Source: Octopus vulgaris
Lineage: Eukaryota
DNA length: 64,000 nt
NCBI GenBank assembly: GCA_951406725.2
Contig: OX597829.1
Span: 53,320,001 to 53,384,000 of the forward strand
Reading direction: 5' to 3'
The translations under genes and the position numbers were made by a program. Numbering within the stretch: the stretch's first letter is position 1; each line of letters begins with the position of its first letter. This document shows positions 26,491 through 39,295 of this stretch, piece after piece. The notes under the pieces are model-generated. The model was not told the origin of the DNA. It searched no databases and worked only from the letters and a program-made list of their open reading frames with translations.

Positions 26491-27894
26491 TATAAACCAG
26501 TTTGAAAAAGAAAGATATGGAATCTGAAAGATCTATTTAACAGTTAGAGAGTAGTGAAGTGATAGGGACTTAATAACAACTAGAAGTTGTTAAAGGATAA
26601 CCTAATAAGGAATACATACCAAATCTCCGGCTGTGGCAAAACTTCAGATAGGTTGAGGGTGACATGGTTCTGGGACATTCAAATAAGCGGGGATACCAAG
26701 AGATGAGCTTGGGAAGCTTGTAAAAATGAAAGCAGCAAAGTGTTATATCACGTAAGCTAGAAGGGCAGATGTGTAACAGATTTATTTAGCAAGGACAGAA
26801 GTAGGAAGGAAGGAAGTTTGCCAATGTTTTACTGAACAGAAAATATTTCAGCTCTAAATAGTTGCTGACACTATACAAAGGCTCAGATGATACTCATCAT
26901 CTTACCTCCTGCATTTAGCTCATACCTAGAGACCACTTTTCCTTACAGCTCCCCCACACACACACACACACACACACACACTCCACTGGACCTATGTCAT
27001 TGTGTCTACAATGATTCTGTTATAGCTCTAAAGTTATGAACTCGAAAGAAATAATTGCCGAGTAGTTTTGGACCTGTTTTTCAGCATTTGTAATGAAATA
27101 AGATTTTATAAACATTTGGTGAAAGACATTGGGATCTTGCATGTGTCCAAATAGTTCCACATGTTGAATTACTGTTATCTGCTCTCATTAAACCATACGG
27201 CCCAAGCATCTGTAAAAAGGGAGATGTGTTGGCAAGCCCCAGTTGGTCCCAACTAGAAAACAGGAGAAGGGAATTGCTAGAAAAAGCATGTGGATACACA
27301 AATATATACAGGTATGCACAAATCCTTGTGAGTGAATTTAATAAACAGAAACTGAAAGAGGCCTGTCATGTACATGGCAAAAACTCTTGGATTATTGTGA
27401 TGTTCTTGGTTTCTGTTTACCATATTTGATTTGAGTCTTATCTGAAGCTCTGTCATATGTGTGTGTCTTTATGTCTGTTTGCAACTTCATAACTTAGTGT
27501 TTCATAGAATAAGTACCAGGCTTTAAAAAAAAAATAAATCCTGGGGTCTATTCATTCAACTAAAAATTCTTCAAGGCAGTGCCCCAGCATGGCTGCTCTC
27601 CAATGACTGAAACCAGTAAAAGATAAAAGATGTACATGACAAGAACTCTTGGATTATAGTGATGTTCTTGGTTTCTACCAAGTTTCTGTTTACCTGAACC
27701 TCTGGTACAATTTGTAATTTTGTATGTGTAAAGCAATCTTTTAAATCATAATGCCATATAGAAGTTTCTTTTGAATTGTTATTTACATTCAATGTTCAGT
27801 TTGACTTCAATTTATTTTGTTACATGTAAAATGTTATTGCAGTTATTACTTGATGATAATTTTAAATATGTGTAATCTTCCTTCCTTTTTCCAG

Positions 27895-28030
27895 TGCCTG
27901 GGTTCAAGAAGATAGCATTTATAATTATCAAGATAATAAATCTAAATACACACTTACTAGTAGAATTCCAAGAGGCTACAATGTCGCTATTGAAGCCATA
28001 GAAGATGTTATAAAAGCTATGCCTTCTCAG
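27895..28030 (+). CDS. GLYR1: GLYR1 exon 4 (Y-AWVQEDSIYNYQDNKSKYTLTSRIPRGYNVAIEAIEDVIKAMPSQ), end of the PWWP domain
   Basis: Pyrimidine tract plus CCAG acceptor; GTAAGT donor; phase-2 join gives YAWV; AIEAIE helix as in PWWP C-termini. Confidence 0.92.
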
Positions 28031-28372
28031 GTAAGTAGATGCATTGCCAAATCTTAATTCTTTCGCATTCAGATTACTCTGCTAAATGTAATGCTTATTT
28101 GTTCACATTGTTCCAAATTAATCCAGAATTATTTCTTAGTGGCAAGATTTTGATGATGTGATTGTTTATTTTTATAAGGACAATGTAGGGTCAGTGTGAG
28201 AGGCTGGATCTGGCCTGTTTGAATATAGAACAGGGGAGAATAAGTGGGCCTGATATGGCCGGCTTAAATGCTAAATGGTTAAATGGCTGTAGAATTTAAA
28301 TTTTAACAATATGATCAAGTTACTTACAGACAAGTACAACGCTGAAACATAGATTCTGTTTTATAGTGGTCA

Positions 28373-28526
28373 CTTAGCAACCACATGGTTCTGGGTTCAG
28401 TCCTGCTACATGGCACCTTGGACAAGTGCCTTCTACTATATAGCCTCTGGTCAACCAAAGCCTATTGAGTGGATTTGGTAGACGGAAACAGAAAGAAGCC
28501 CGTTGTAAATATATATATATATATAT

Positions 28527-28594
<68 letters not shown>

Positions 28595-28654
28595 TCATCA
28601 TCGTTTAGCGTCCGTTTTCGATGATGATGATGATGATGATATATATATATATAT

Positions 28655-28722
<68 letters not shown>

Positions 28723-28782
28723 ACGGGCTTCTTTCTGTTTCCGTCTACCAAATCCACTCAATAGGCTTTGGTCGGCCAGAGG

Positions 28783-28840
<58 letters not shown>

Positions 28841-29040
28841 CATATATATATATGAGTGCCCCCAGCCCCATCATCGCTTGACAACTGATGTTGGTGTGTC
28901 CCCCTAACTTAGCGGTTCGGCAAAAGATACCGATGGAACAAGTACTAGGCTTACAAAGAGTAAGTCCTGGGGTTGATTTGTTCGGCTAAAGGCAGTGCTC
29001 CAGCATGGCTGCAGTCAAGTGACTGAAACAAATAAAAGAA
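28373..29040 (+). mobile_element. SINE with expanded (TA)n and an internal inverted duplication
   Basis: 5' half 28373-28507; 3' half 28860-29040; inverted copy at 28719-28787. Confidence 0.82.
28508..28853. repeat. Compound (TA)n tracts
   Basis: Several (TA)n runs separated by short repeat fragments. Confidence 0.95.
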
Positions 29041-30239
29041 TTACTTAGATTTATTATAACTTTTAAGATCTTTTTACTGACATCTCCAGTTTCTGGCGAA
29101 AGTAATTTGAACTTTTTCATTTCTCAGTAGAATATTCTGGAGGTTTTTTGATAGTTGTGTCATTGGTTCTTTATAGCTATAATGTTGCTGTCTTTGATGG
29201 TACTTTAGCTTCACTAATATCATTATTGATACTTTCATAATTTGTTTTGTTTAAAAAATCATTATTAACTCTATGTACAGTGAGACTTAAATGATTTGCA
29301 TATTTATTGTTTATACACTCTAACCGGTCATCATCTAACACAAAATCACCCTCCCCTCTCAAAGATTCCTTGTCTTGCAAGTTACTTGGTGACCCTATCA
29401 GTGCAGGTGCCACTTAAAATGCATCCAGTTCACACTGTAAAGTGGTTGGCATTTGAAAGGACATCCAGCTGTGAAAACCATACCAAAACTGACCTTGCCT
29501 GTGATGGTGCCATATAAAAAGCACTTGGTCCACTCTCTGGGGTGGTTGATGTTAGTTAGAAAGGGTATCCAACCATAAAAACCCTGCCAAAACAGACAAA
29601 ATAGCCTGGAGTAGTCTTCTACTTGGTCAGCTCCTGTGAAACTGTTGTATGCATGGCTAGCAGATGTTAAACGATGATGATGAATTTGGTAGATTTAAAC
29701 ACGAATATGCTAGTCACTGTTGTGTGTGTCACAGGACATTATCTCCCTTTTATGACCATAATGTGATCATAACACATTCCGCTCATTGGCTCAAGGGATC
29801 CTGGGACATTGATGTTTCATATGTTGTTTAGACTTAAAAGTTGCAGCTGGCAAGACACGTGTTGAAACACCAGTGTCCTAGAATCCCTTGCACCTGTGAG
29901 TCAAGTGTGTTATGAACATATTGTGAAGAAAGGGATTGTCCTCTTATGATGCAGGTAACAGTGACTAGTGTAGCTACTTTCAAATTTGCTGGAATGCAAT
30001 AATCACCATCATCATCATTTAACATCCATTTTCCATTCTGGCATGGGTGGAATGGTTTGACAGGAACTGCACAAGGTTCCAAAGTCTGTTTTGGCTTAGT
30101 TTCTGTAGCTGAATACTCTTCCTAACACTAACCACTTTTCAGTGAGTGTACTGGGTGCTTTTTACATGGCACCACCTTTTTTCATTTCTCAGTTGAATAT
30201 TCTGAAGGGTTTTTTCATAGTTGTTTCAATGTTCCTTAA

Positions 30240-31610
30240 CCCTTTCGTTACTATATTTCTGACCAAAATACACCCCTCATGAGTTTCAATTAAATTCTAA
30301 AATAATCATGAATTTAGGCTTGTTTCATTAAATAACTAACTTTTTTACTTATCAACATATTAATGTGATATTTGGAACATAATTAAAGAAAGGGTTCTTA
30401 ATCAATTCTATTGCATAACTTTTGTCTCTAAGTGACTTTAATTACAGGTAAATCCAGGTAAATTGAGCAAAAGCTTAAAATATAAAAATTTTGTTTAAAC
30501 ATCACCATAGAAAATGAATCATCAGCTAATATTCAAATGGGTATGCAACAAAATTTTGATAAAGAAGAATTGTGCACATCACTAGATCATCAGTTGAATT
30601 TAATGCACAACAGGTGTACCATAAAGGTGGAATAAACTGAAATCCACCGCAAGTTTTACCGAACTAAAGAAAGCGGTCAAAAAATAATATACGGCCATGG
30701 TTATGGTATGGAAGTGATAAATTCCAGACCACATCGTTCCCTAACATTGAATAATGCTGACTAACATTATTTTCTCTGTATAAAAACTAAATCCACAGCA
30801 GTACCCAGTATTTACTTCACAAATTTTCCGAAATTTGATCCCCCATTTTGTGTTTTGTTTACATTCTGCGTAAATTTGTTTCCGCATTGATCACTTCAAA
30901 CAATAACTTCCAGACCACATTGTACCCTAAACCATGCTGACTAACATCAGTTTCCCTGTATAAAAACTAAATCCACGACAGTACCCAGTATTTACTTCAC
31001 AAATTTTCCAAACTTTTGTGTTTGTTTACAATCTGCGTAAATTTGTTTCCGAAGTGATCGCTTCAAACTAGCATACTGAAAAAAATAAAAGTCTAACGGT
31101 TTCGCTTCCTAAGAAAAACTATAGATACACTATCTCCCCAGAAAAATTGCTAATAAAAACATTTTAAAGTTTTTTTACTTCATTCCGATGTTGCTGTCGC
31201 CATCGCTGCTTTCATTTTCGGATAAAAAAATATCATTCATTATTTTGTACACCACGTGCTTTAGTACCTATTTCATTCTTTTTCTCGATATCTCCCTATT
31301 TTCCGTTGAAAAAGCTTTAAATTCGGAATCAATGCTTGATAACATGAAACTCCTATCCCTTTTCAAAGTTGAAGAAAAATCAATGCCGAAAAAAATGTGG
31401 AAAAAAATCTCCCAAAATTCACTGAGTTGAGATATCACTTCAAGCAATGTCGGATACTATAACTTAACTATTTACAATGTGAAATCACATGTTTTAACGA
31501 ATGTACCAACGAGATTTGGGTTCAAATTTACATTTAAATAACAATAGGTTCTCACAATAGGTTGGTATTATGAACCAAAAAATTTTTCGGCCGGGTTAGT
31601 AACGAAAGGG
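30240..31610. mobile_element. Non-autonomous piggyBac-like element
   Basis: TTAA on both sides; perfect 14-bp TIR CCCTTTCGTTACTA; internal ~170-bp direct repeat (30722 and 30908); no transposase ORF. Confidence 0.9.
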
Positions 31611-31809
31611 TTAATAGCTGTAATGTTGCTGTTTTTGAAGGTATGGCACTAGCACTGGTAATTTTAGGGTTTGGGGGGATGAAAAAGGTTGATGGGGTTG
31701 AGTCTTTCATGGACATGCATTACCAAGGTTGTTTTAGGATATCAGTTGTGATGAGCGAGTCTAGAGTACAATAATGCACCATATATCTCTGTCCTTTATA
31801 AGGCTCAGC

Positions 31810-32225
31810 ATCTTGAGATTGGCTTTCAGTCTTCCTGGACGTTATCAAAGAAGCTTGAGAGGCGGTTGGATGGAACCTACACTCGCCTCCTTATGAGAGC
31901 TCAAAATCTCTCGTAGAAGCATCATCCAACCAAAATGCAAATATATGGGAAACTACCACCTGTGTCATCTCTTGTGAAAGGTAGAAGAGTCCAGTTTGCT
32001 GGATATTGTTGTAGAGCTGAAAACGAGGCAATTTCTACTCTTCTCCTCTGGAAGCCATCTACTCGCAATGCCAGAGGGCGCACACTCTCCTACCCTGATG
32101 TAATCTCCAGGGATACAGGCATCCAGCAACAGGACCTCCGTAATGCTATGATGGACTGTGAAGTCTGGCATAGCATGGTAAATTCCATTGTCTCGACCAC
32201 GGTCAAACAATGATGATGATGATGT
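31810..32225 (+). mobile_element. 3' fragment of a second RTE-like LINE family
   Basis: LDGTYTRLLMRAQNLS / IYGKLPPVSSLVKGRRVQFAGYC are LINE ORF2 C-terminal motifs; (GAT)n tail. Confidence 0.75.
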
Positions 32226-33565
32226 CTTCCTGGGTCTCCCTCTTCCACAGTTTCTGTAACAATAAAATAGCTATTTACAAACCAATAAAGAAACTTCTGC
32301 ATGATCATTCAATCTGCTAGAAATGTCAAAACCACCCTGAAATTACACCTTGCTGTGTTAAAAAAGAAGGGATACTTTGGATAATGTTGTTCTAAATAAA
32401 AGCTAGTTGATCATGGCTGGCATATCTTAGCTCATAAGGATGGCTTAAAGAAGGCTGATGTGGGTATGAACAACAACAGGTATACGTGACTATGATTGGC
32501 TGGATTATTCAGTTTTGTATGACAGTTTGAAACTGGCTATCAGTGGAAATGAGCATTTGTCAGTGGAGTACTCCTTTTTAAGTATAATGAAAGTTCCTAA
32601 TAGTTGAATACCTTAAAAAAAAAACAATGTTACTTAGTATTTAGCACTTTTTGTTGTATATAACAATCCACTTACTATTTTTATCTGAAACCTTATAAAG
32701 GGCTGAAGCTTTTCCTACATCTATCCACTAATGTAGACTACATTGTAATGTATATAAATGTTTTTCATGTGTGTTGTAATAAGGTAGGTTAAATTTAAAT
32801 CTCTGTTGGAAATTATTTATGGACATTATTTTGAAATAAAAGTTTTAAATGGAGTTTATTCCTAAAGAAATATTTTTATTAAAAAAATTCTTATTAATAG
32901 ATTTATAAAGCAAAGGAGTTCATAGTTTATCTTGGAAATAGTTTGCATTTGGCATCAGTTCCATATAAAAGACACTGGTGATGGTGCCACATAATATATT
33001 CCGTAAAGTGGCTGGTGTTAAGGACATCCAGTCATAAAAACCAAACCAAAACAGACCATGGAACCTGGTACAAACCTTAGTCTTGCCAGCTCCTGTCAAC
33101 CCATCCAACCCATGCTGGTATGGAAAATAGATGTTAAATGGTGATGATGATTCTGCCGCTGCCACCAATTTACTTCAATGAGTGACAAATAGATATTTTA
33201 TAGTATATGAATCAATCTTTCTAAATCAAATTAGGTATTAATTATCTGTTACTAGCTGACTCAGTGCTGTCAAAAATGATGGCCAATTGTAGTATTTTAT
33301 ATAAAAAAGGATACAAAAAGGTGAAAAACAAAAATCAAACTGCTTCAACTCTGTGTGTGTATGCGTGTGTGTGTGTGTGTGTATGCGTGTGTGCATATGT
33401 ATAGATTTATATGTATGGGTAGCACAGTCTGTAGCGAATGCAGTTTTCTATACTCTGTCACAGCCTGCTTCCTACCTTTTTAAGTCTGTCTGTTTATATG
33501 TTTGTATGTATGTGTAAATGCGTATGTGTCTGTAATTCTATTTTTCTATGTATCTTTCTAAATAA

Positions 33566-33599
<34 letters not shown>

Positions 33600-34129
33600 T
33601 CACATTCCTTCCTTTTTCACTCACACACAGTTGAAGTGCTGTTTGATTTTTGTTTCACTGACTTTTCATCATCCTCCTTCCATCGGTGGATCACCCCTTC
33701 CTTTCTCATATATTTTGATGGAGAAATACACAAGAGTATTATTATAGTCGAAGATACACGACGCTCTCTTTGCCACTTCCTCTCTCTCATTGCTATTACT
33801 TTCTCTCACTACTTCTCCTTCACTGAATTACTACTTTCTCTCCTCTCTCTTCACCATTGACTATTATTGTGTGATTTTGGACAAATGTGTGAAAATAAAT
33901 AGAATAATTATTGAACAACCTAAAAGTAAGATAATTTACCCTTTTGATATGAATCTTGAAATTGCCACTAGTTTTAATTAAACAAAACCTGTCATTTTAA
34001 AGTGTTTATTATCAATTTAAAATGTTACCTTATAAGTGAGAATATTTTGTTAAACTATTTTCCAAAATACCATTTTTCTAATGAAGATAGAAAAATTCTT
34101 GATTATTTTCCAAATTGTAACCTATGGAT

Positions 34130-34300
34130 CAGCGGTTCTCAACCACGACTCACAGGGCTGCATGTGGCCCTCAAGCATCCTTCCAGCGGCCCCCTACAGT
34201 TTCCCCACTATGAACATAATTTTTCTTCAATTGAATTGTTTTACTTTTTTTTTTAGATCCAGCCCAGATCCCATATATTAAAAAAGGTTGGGAACCACTG
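34130..34300. mobile_element. hAT MITE
   Basis: TIRs cagcggttctcaacc / ggttgggaaccactg; degenerate TSD. Confidence 0.7.
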
Positions 34301-35262
34301 TTATAGATAGTATATTTCATTAGAAATATGATCATAAGGAGATTATAAGTAATTATATGACTTAAATATCAGTTTTGGTTGTATATGGACTTTCATGAGC
34401 TCTAGCACAAATCCTACCTTCAAGTTGAAGACAAGAGACTTCAGATTATTCTGTCAAATGTAATACTTATTTATTCACGTTGTTTTGAATTAATCATGCA
34501 TTAACTCATAGCTTTGAGATTTCAATGATGTGATTATTTATTTATAGAAAGTGAGAGGCCAGATCTAGTCAGTTTAAGCATAGAATGAGTAGAATATTTG
34601 GGATGGATATGGCTAGATAAAATGCTAAAGGGTTAAAACTGATTTTGGGGAAGGCCTGATTTCAGTAATGTCACTGGAGAAATTTGGAACTTAGAAAAGG
34701 AAATATAATGATTGAGATGGCATTGAGGATAAGCACTACAGTCACTCATCTAGCTGCTATAAAAGTTTTAGTCAGTGAGTTAGATGTAAGATTAAATTTA
34801 TATATGGTAAACCAAGCTAGTTATCTGTTAATCCAGGTTTACTGTGTAAAGTTATATTGTTATGGTTTAGAGATTATTCCAGTTGTGAAATTCAAATGTA
34901 GGATACAGACTGTTAAAATTACTCGAAAACTTGACTAGAAATTGAATAATTATCTTCAGAAATGTAATTTATGAAATATAGACATTGTGATAAAGGATAA
35001 TAGGTAGTAAGGGTGTCCGTGTTAGAGGCATATCAAGTAGAAAATGTGGACATAATGTATTTGACCTTGGAGAGATAAATGGTGATACTGCAACCCACAT
35101 CAACTAAAACAAAAAGTTAATTTTGGAGAGATAGAAAACTCTTTTTCACCCTTTAGCATCATTTAAACTTAGCCATATCAGGCCAAAATAGTCTGTTTTA
35201 TGTTCAAACCAGCCACATCTGGCCTCTTGCACCTACTCTAAAATATTATTCTAAAAATAAAC

Positions 35263-35675
35263 AGGCGCAGGAGTGGCTGTGTTGTAAGTAGCTTGCTAAC
35301 CAACCACATGGTTCCGGGTTCAGTCCCACTGCGTGGCATCTTGGGAAAGTGTCTTCTGCTATAGCCCCGGGCTGACCAATGCCTTGTGAGTGGATTTGGT
35401 AGACGGAACTGAAAGAAGCCTGTCGTATATATGTATATATATATATATATGTATGTGTGCGTGTGTGTGTCTGTGTTTGTCCCCCTAGCATTACTTGACA
35501 ACCGATGCTGGTGTGTTTATGTCCCTGTCACTTAGCGGTTCGGCAAAAGAGACCGATAGAATAAGTACTGGGCTTACAAAGAATAAGTCCCGGGGTCGAT
35601 TTGCTCGACTAAAGGCAGTGCTCCAGCATGGCCACAGTCAAATGACTGAAACAAGTAAAAGAGTAAGAGTAAGTA
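35263..35675 (+). mobile_element. Full-length copy of the dominant tRNA-derived SINE (CORE-like centre, internal TA/TG microsatellite)
   Basis: tRNA-like head (tggctgtg..gtaag / ggttcagtccc), CORE-like gcatcttgggaaagt, (gtaaaaga)-type tail; many copies in the window. Confidence 0.85.
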
Positions 35676-36057
35676 GCATCATCAAAACCTTGAAGCTACA
35701 AAATGACGTATAATTAACTTAAAACAATGAATATATGTTGATGAATTTGTGTTGCAAGATCCCTGATATGAGACCGTGTGTTGAAACAGATATTGTATTT
35801 TGGGATGGTCATATTTTTTCTCCCCTTTTTTATTCTTTTTTTTTTTTGCCAAATAAACACACGCACTATATATTCGTTCACTTGTTTATTACTGTTCCTA
35901 TTCTAACTCATGTCCATTGTCTAGAAATCTTTCATCACACATCTGTGACCTCTTCAGTGACACTTTCTGTCTTTGTGTACGCTCCTGCTCCACTTATGCC
36001 ATTCATGAATATATAAGTGTTACACATGACAGTAATCTTAATGCTAAAGGTTTAAAT

Positions 36058-36357
36058 CGATGTTCTCAGCCTGGGTCCATATAAGATTTTTGGGGCTTCA
36101 CACAAGCAAAATAATAAATTGGGAATCCACAATAGTATTTTAAATGTCCCTGAAAATTTTTTGCTTTAGATGCGTTTTCTTTCTCTGACATTTTACATAG
36201 TTCACCCTACACAAGTTAATGTACGAAAAAACAAAATAGAAAGTTTGAAAGATGTTTCTATAAAACTAGTTTTTAAACATCAAATGGCTTTGAAGGTCCA
36301 CCAGAATAAAATAGTAATCAAAGGGGTCCAGAGATGAAAAATGGTTGAGAACCCCTG
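36058..36357. mobile_element. hAT MITE
   Basis: 8-bp TSD GTTTAAAT; ends c..tgttctcagcc / ggttgagaacccctg. Confidence 0.75.
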
Positions 36358-36674
36358 GTTTAAATATTTAAACTGGAAAATGCTGTTAATTCCATAACTA
36401 CAATCCAACTTCATATGTATGTGATGCTTAAAGGTGAATGAAAATTACTCTATACTTTTGAATGACAAAATATTGTATATGTAACAGAAATAATTGCATA
36501 TTTGGAAATACGTAATATTACTGTGCATCAGAAATAATTGCCGACATAGTTTTATAAAATACATTTGTATTTTTTATAAAAACCTTAATTCCTGAGATAA
36601 CACAGAATTTGTTATTGCTTAGTGTAATTTCTGTTTTGAATTCAGCTATGTTTTTCATCTTTTATTTATCCTAG

Positions 36675-36797
36675 GTACCAGTTAAAACATCTGATTTGCC
36701 TACGATAGATGAAGAACTGGCTCAGATATTCCCAAACAGGTCTTCTTCATCAGGACCACACAAAGATTATACTAGGGAGCCTTTATCTGGAAAAAAG
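36675..36797 (+). CDS. GLYR1: GLYR1 exon 5 (VPVKTSDLPTIDEELAQIFPNRSSSSGPHKDYTREPLSGKK), linker
   Basis: CCTAG acceptor after a T-rich tract; AAG|GTAAAA donor; 123 nt open, phase 0-0; non-repetitive sequence. Confidence 0.78.
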
Positions 36798-37732
36798 GTA
36801 AAAATGGAAATACAAATTACAGTTATTGTCATCTGTTCTACTTCTTTTTAATGGTTTTTGCTAAAGTTTGAATTCAAAACAAAGTGTTCAGAACTTTGAC
36901 TACACAATTTCTGTTTCACTGAAAGCTTACAAAGCAATTACATAATACTACTGAGTGTAGATATGGCCTTGCCTTAAGAAGTTTGCTTTGCATCCATTTG
37001 GTTCTGCAGCACACTGGACAGGGGTCTTCTACTATAGCCTTTGGCACCAGGAAAAACAGTATCATAAGTGGATAGATGGAAATTATATGAATGCCTGTAA
37101 TGTGTGAATGTTGACATTAACTGTGTTTGCCAATTTAGTATTGTTCTTTGGTTTCCATTGTCTGCACATGAGAAAATGCAGTAGTTCCTTCTTAGGTAGA
37201 GTTTGCTAAACTAGAAAGAAACTATGTGGAAGATTTAAGTAAAAGACAACTGGCATAATAGTTCTGAGGTAAAAATTGATTACTGGTTTTCTTACTAATA
37301 CATTTTTTTTTTTCTTTCTCTAATTTCAACTTACACCCATTTATTTTGTCTTTTGCTAGGAAAAAGATCCAAACCTTCATAAATTAATGCATAAGTATTC
37401 AACAGTTTTACTATAATCACATTAAATGTATGAGAGGTGCAGCCATTGCAAAGTTGCTTGTTTAGTTCCAACAAAAAGTTGGAGCCACCCTCATCACCTG
37501 GCACTGTTGTTGCTTTTGATAAAATTGCTACCTTAATTTGGGACATTTAGTTTTCATATGAACCATCTAATTTATAAATGGTGATTTCTGTCTGTTATCA
37601 ACTTAGTGCCTAAATCAGTGAACCAATATTCACGAAACTTTGCATACATGTTACATTAAGATCCAGTTCAATAATAGGCTAATTAGATTTCAATAAAAAT
37701 CTATAATGTGCCCTCCCAGAGGTATTAGGAAT

Positions 37733-38468
37733 CATCATCATTTAGTGTCCGCTTTCCATGCTAGCTTGGGTTGGACGGTTCAACTGGGGTCTGTGAAGCC
37801 AGAAGGCTGCATCAGGCCCAGTCTGATCTGGCAGTGTTTCTATGGCTGGATGCCCTTCCTAATGCCAACCACTCCATGAGTGTAGTGGGTGCTTTTTACG
37901 TGCCACCCGCACAGGTGCCAGACAGAGCTGGCAAACGGCCATGGACGGATGATGCTTTTTACGTGCCACCGGCACGGGGGCCAGGCGAAGCTGGCAACGA
38001 CCACGATCGGATGGTGCTTTTTATGTGCCACCGGCACGGGGGCCAGGCGAAGCTGGCAACAACCACGATCGGATGGTGCTTTTTATGTGCCACCGGCACT
38101 GGGGCCAGGCAAGGCTGGCAATGGCCACGAACGGATGGTGCTTTTACGTGCCACCGGCACGGGGGCCAGGCGATGCTGGCAACGGCCACGAACGGATGGT
38201 GTTACGTGCCACTGGCACGGGGCCAGGCGAGGCTGGCAACGGCCACGAACGGATGTTGCTATTTACGTGCCACCAGCACGGAGGCCAGTCGAGGCGGCGC
38301 TGGCAACGGCCACGATCAGATTGTTCGCTTACTTGTCACCGGCACTGGTATCACAGCTGCAATTTCCATTGATGTTGATCGACTTCAATTTTGGTTCTGC
38401 TTTCTGATATCTGATTTGATTTGGTTTAATTTTGATTTTGATTTTTGATTTGTATATATTTTTGAATG
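37733..38468 (-). mobile_element. RTE 3' fragment flanked by 160-bp direct repeats
   Basis: Tail plus about 7 repeat units; 37573-37732 is duplicated at 38469-38628. Confidence 0.9.
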
Positions 38469-39295
38469 TATAAATGGTGATTTCTGTCTGTCATCATCTT
38501 AGTGCCTAAATCAGTGAACCAATATTCACGAAACTTTGCATACATGTTACATTAAGATCCAGTTCAATAATAGGCTAATTAGATTTCAATAAAAATCTAT
38601 AATGTGCCCTCCCAGGGGTATTAGGAATATTATATGATAAAAGGAGAAGATTGCAAAAAGTATTAGTTGGAGGGAAAGATAGCAGAGTGAGGGTAACTTT
38701 TATCAGTGGTGAGAACAGTGGTAACAATGGGATGTTAATGTTAATACAGCTGTCATATACACTTGACGTTGTATACATACTTATGTAAATACATAAATAC
38801 AACACATGCAGAAAGGTAGGTGTGAGGAATACGTAGCTTTAAGGAGAGAGGGGGTAGGGGGCTTTTCCACTGTCCAATGCAAAGAAACACACACACACAT
38901 ACATAGATACATATGTCTACTATACACCATTTTAAATTCGTGCGTTTGTAAATTTGTGTCACGTCCTATAATTGTCTTGTCTCTCTGCTTTTGTAGGGTC
39001 TTCTCTGTTACTGTTACATATTGTGAGATTTTAAAATTTGGTATTATTGCAATAATTTTCCACGTTACATCCAATTTTGTTATGTATTTGTTCCTAACAT
39101 CCAGTTGAATTATAGGCGAGGATCTCAATAAAAAATCTATAATGATTTAGGGAGCGGGGCTCTAGCACATGTTTACAAATCAGCTATCATAAGTGGCAAC
39201 ACCAAATGCACAAACTATTTGTCAATGTATTTGTAAATCTATTTATCTAATTCAGATGCATATTCTTTTACATAACCACTACGCCACATGCCCGT

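Noticed and set aside
25878-26527. 150-205 aa M/Y/C/I/V-rich ORFs
   Set aside because: Translation of a low-complexity microsatellite.
37771-38448. 225-aa and overlapping ORFs (also at 10709, 23325, 44473)
   Set aside because: Stop-poor GC-rich RTE 3'-UTR repeats open in several frames; no protein signature.
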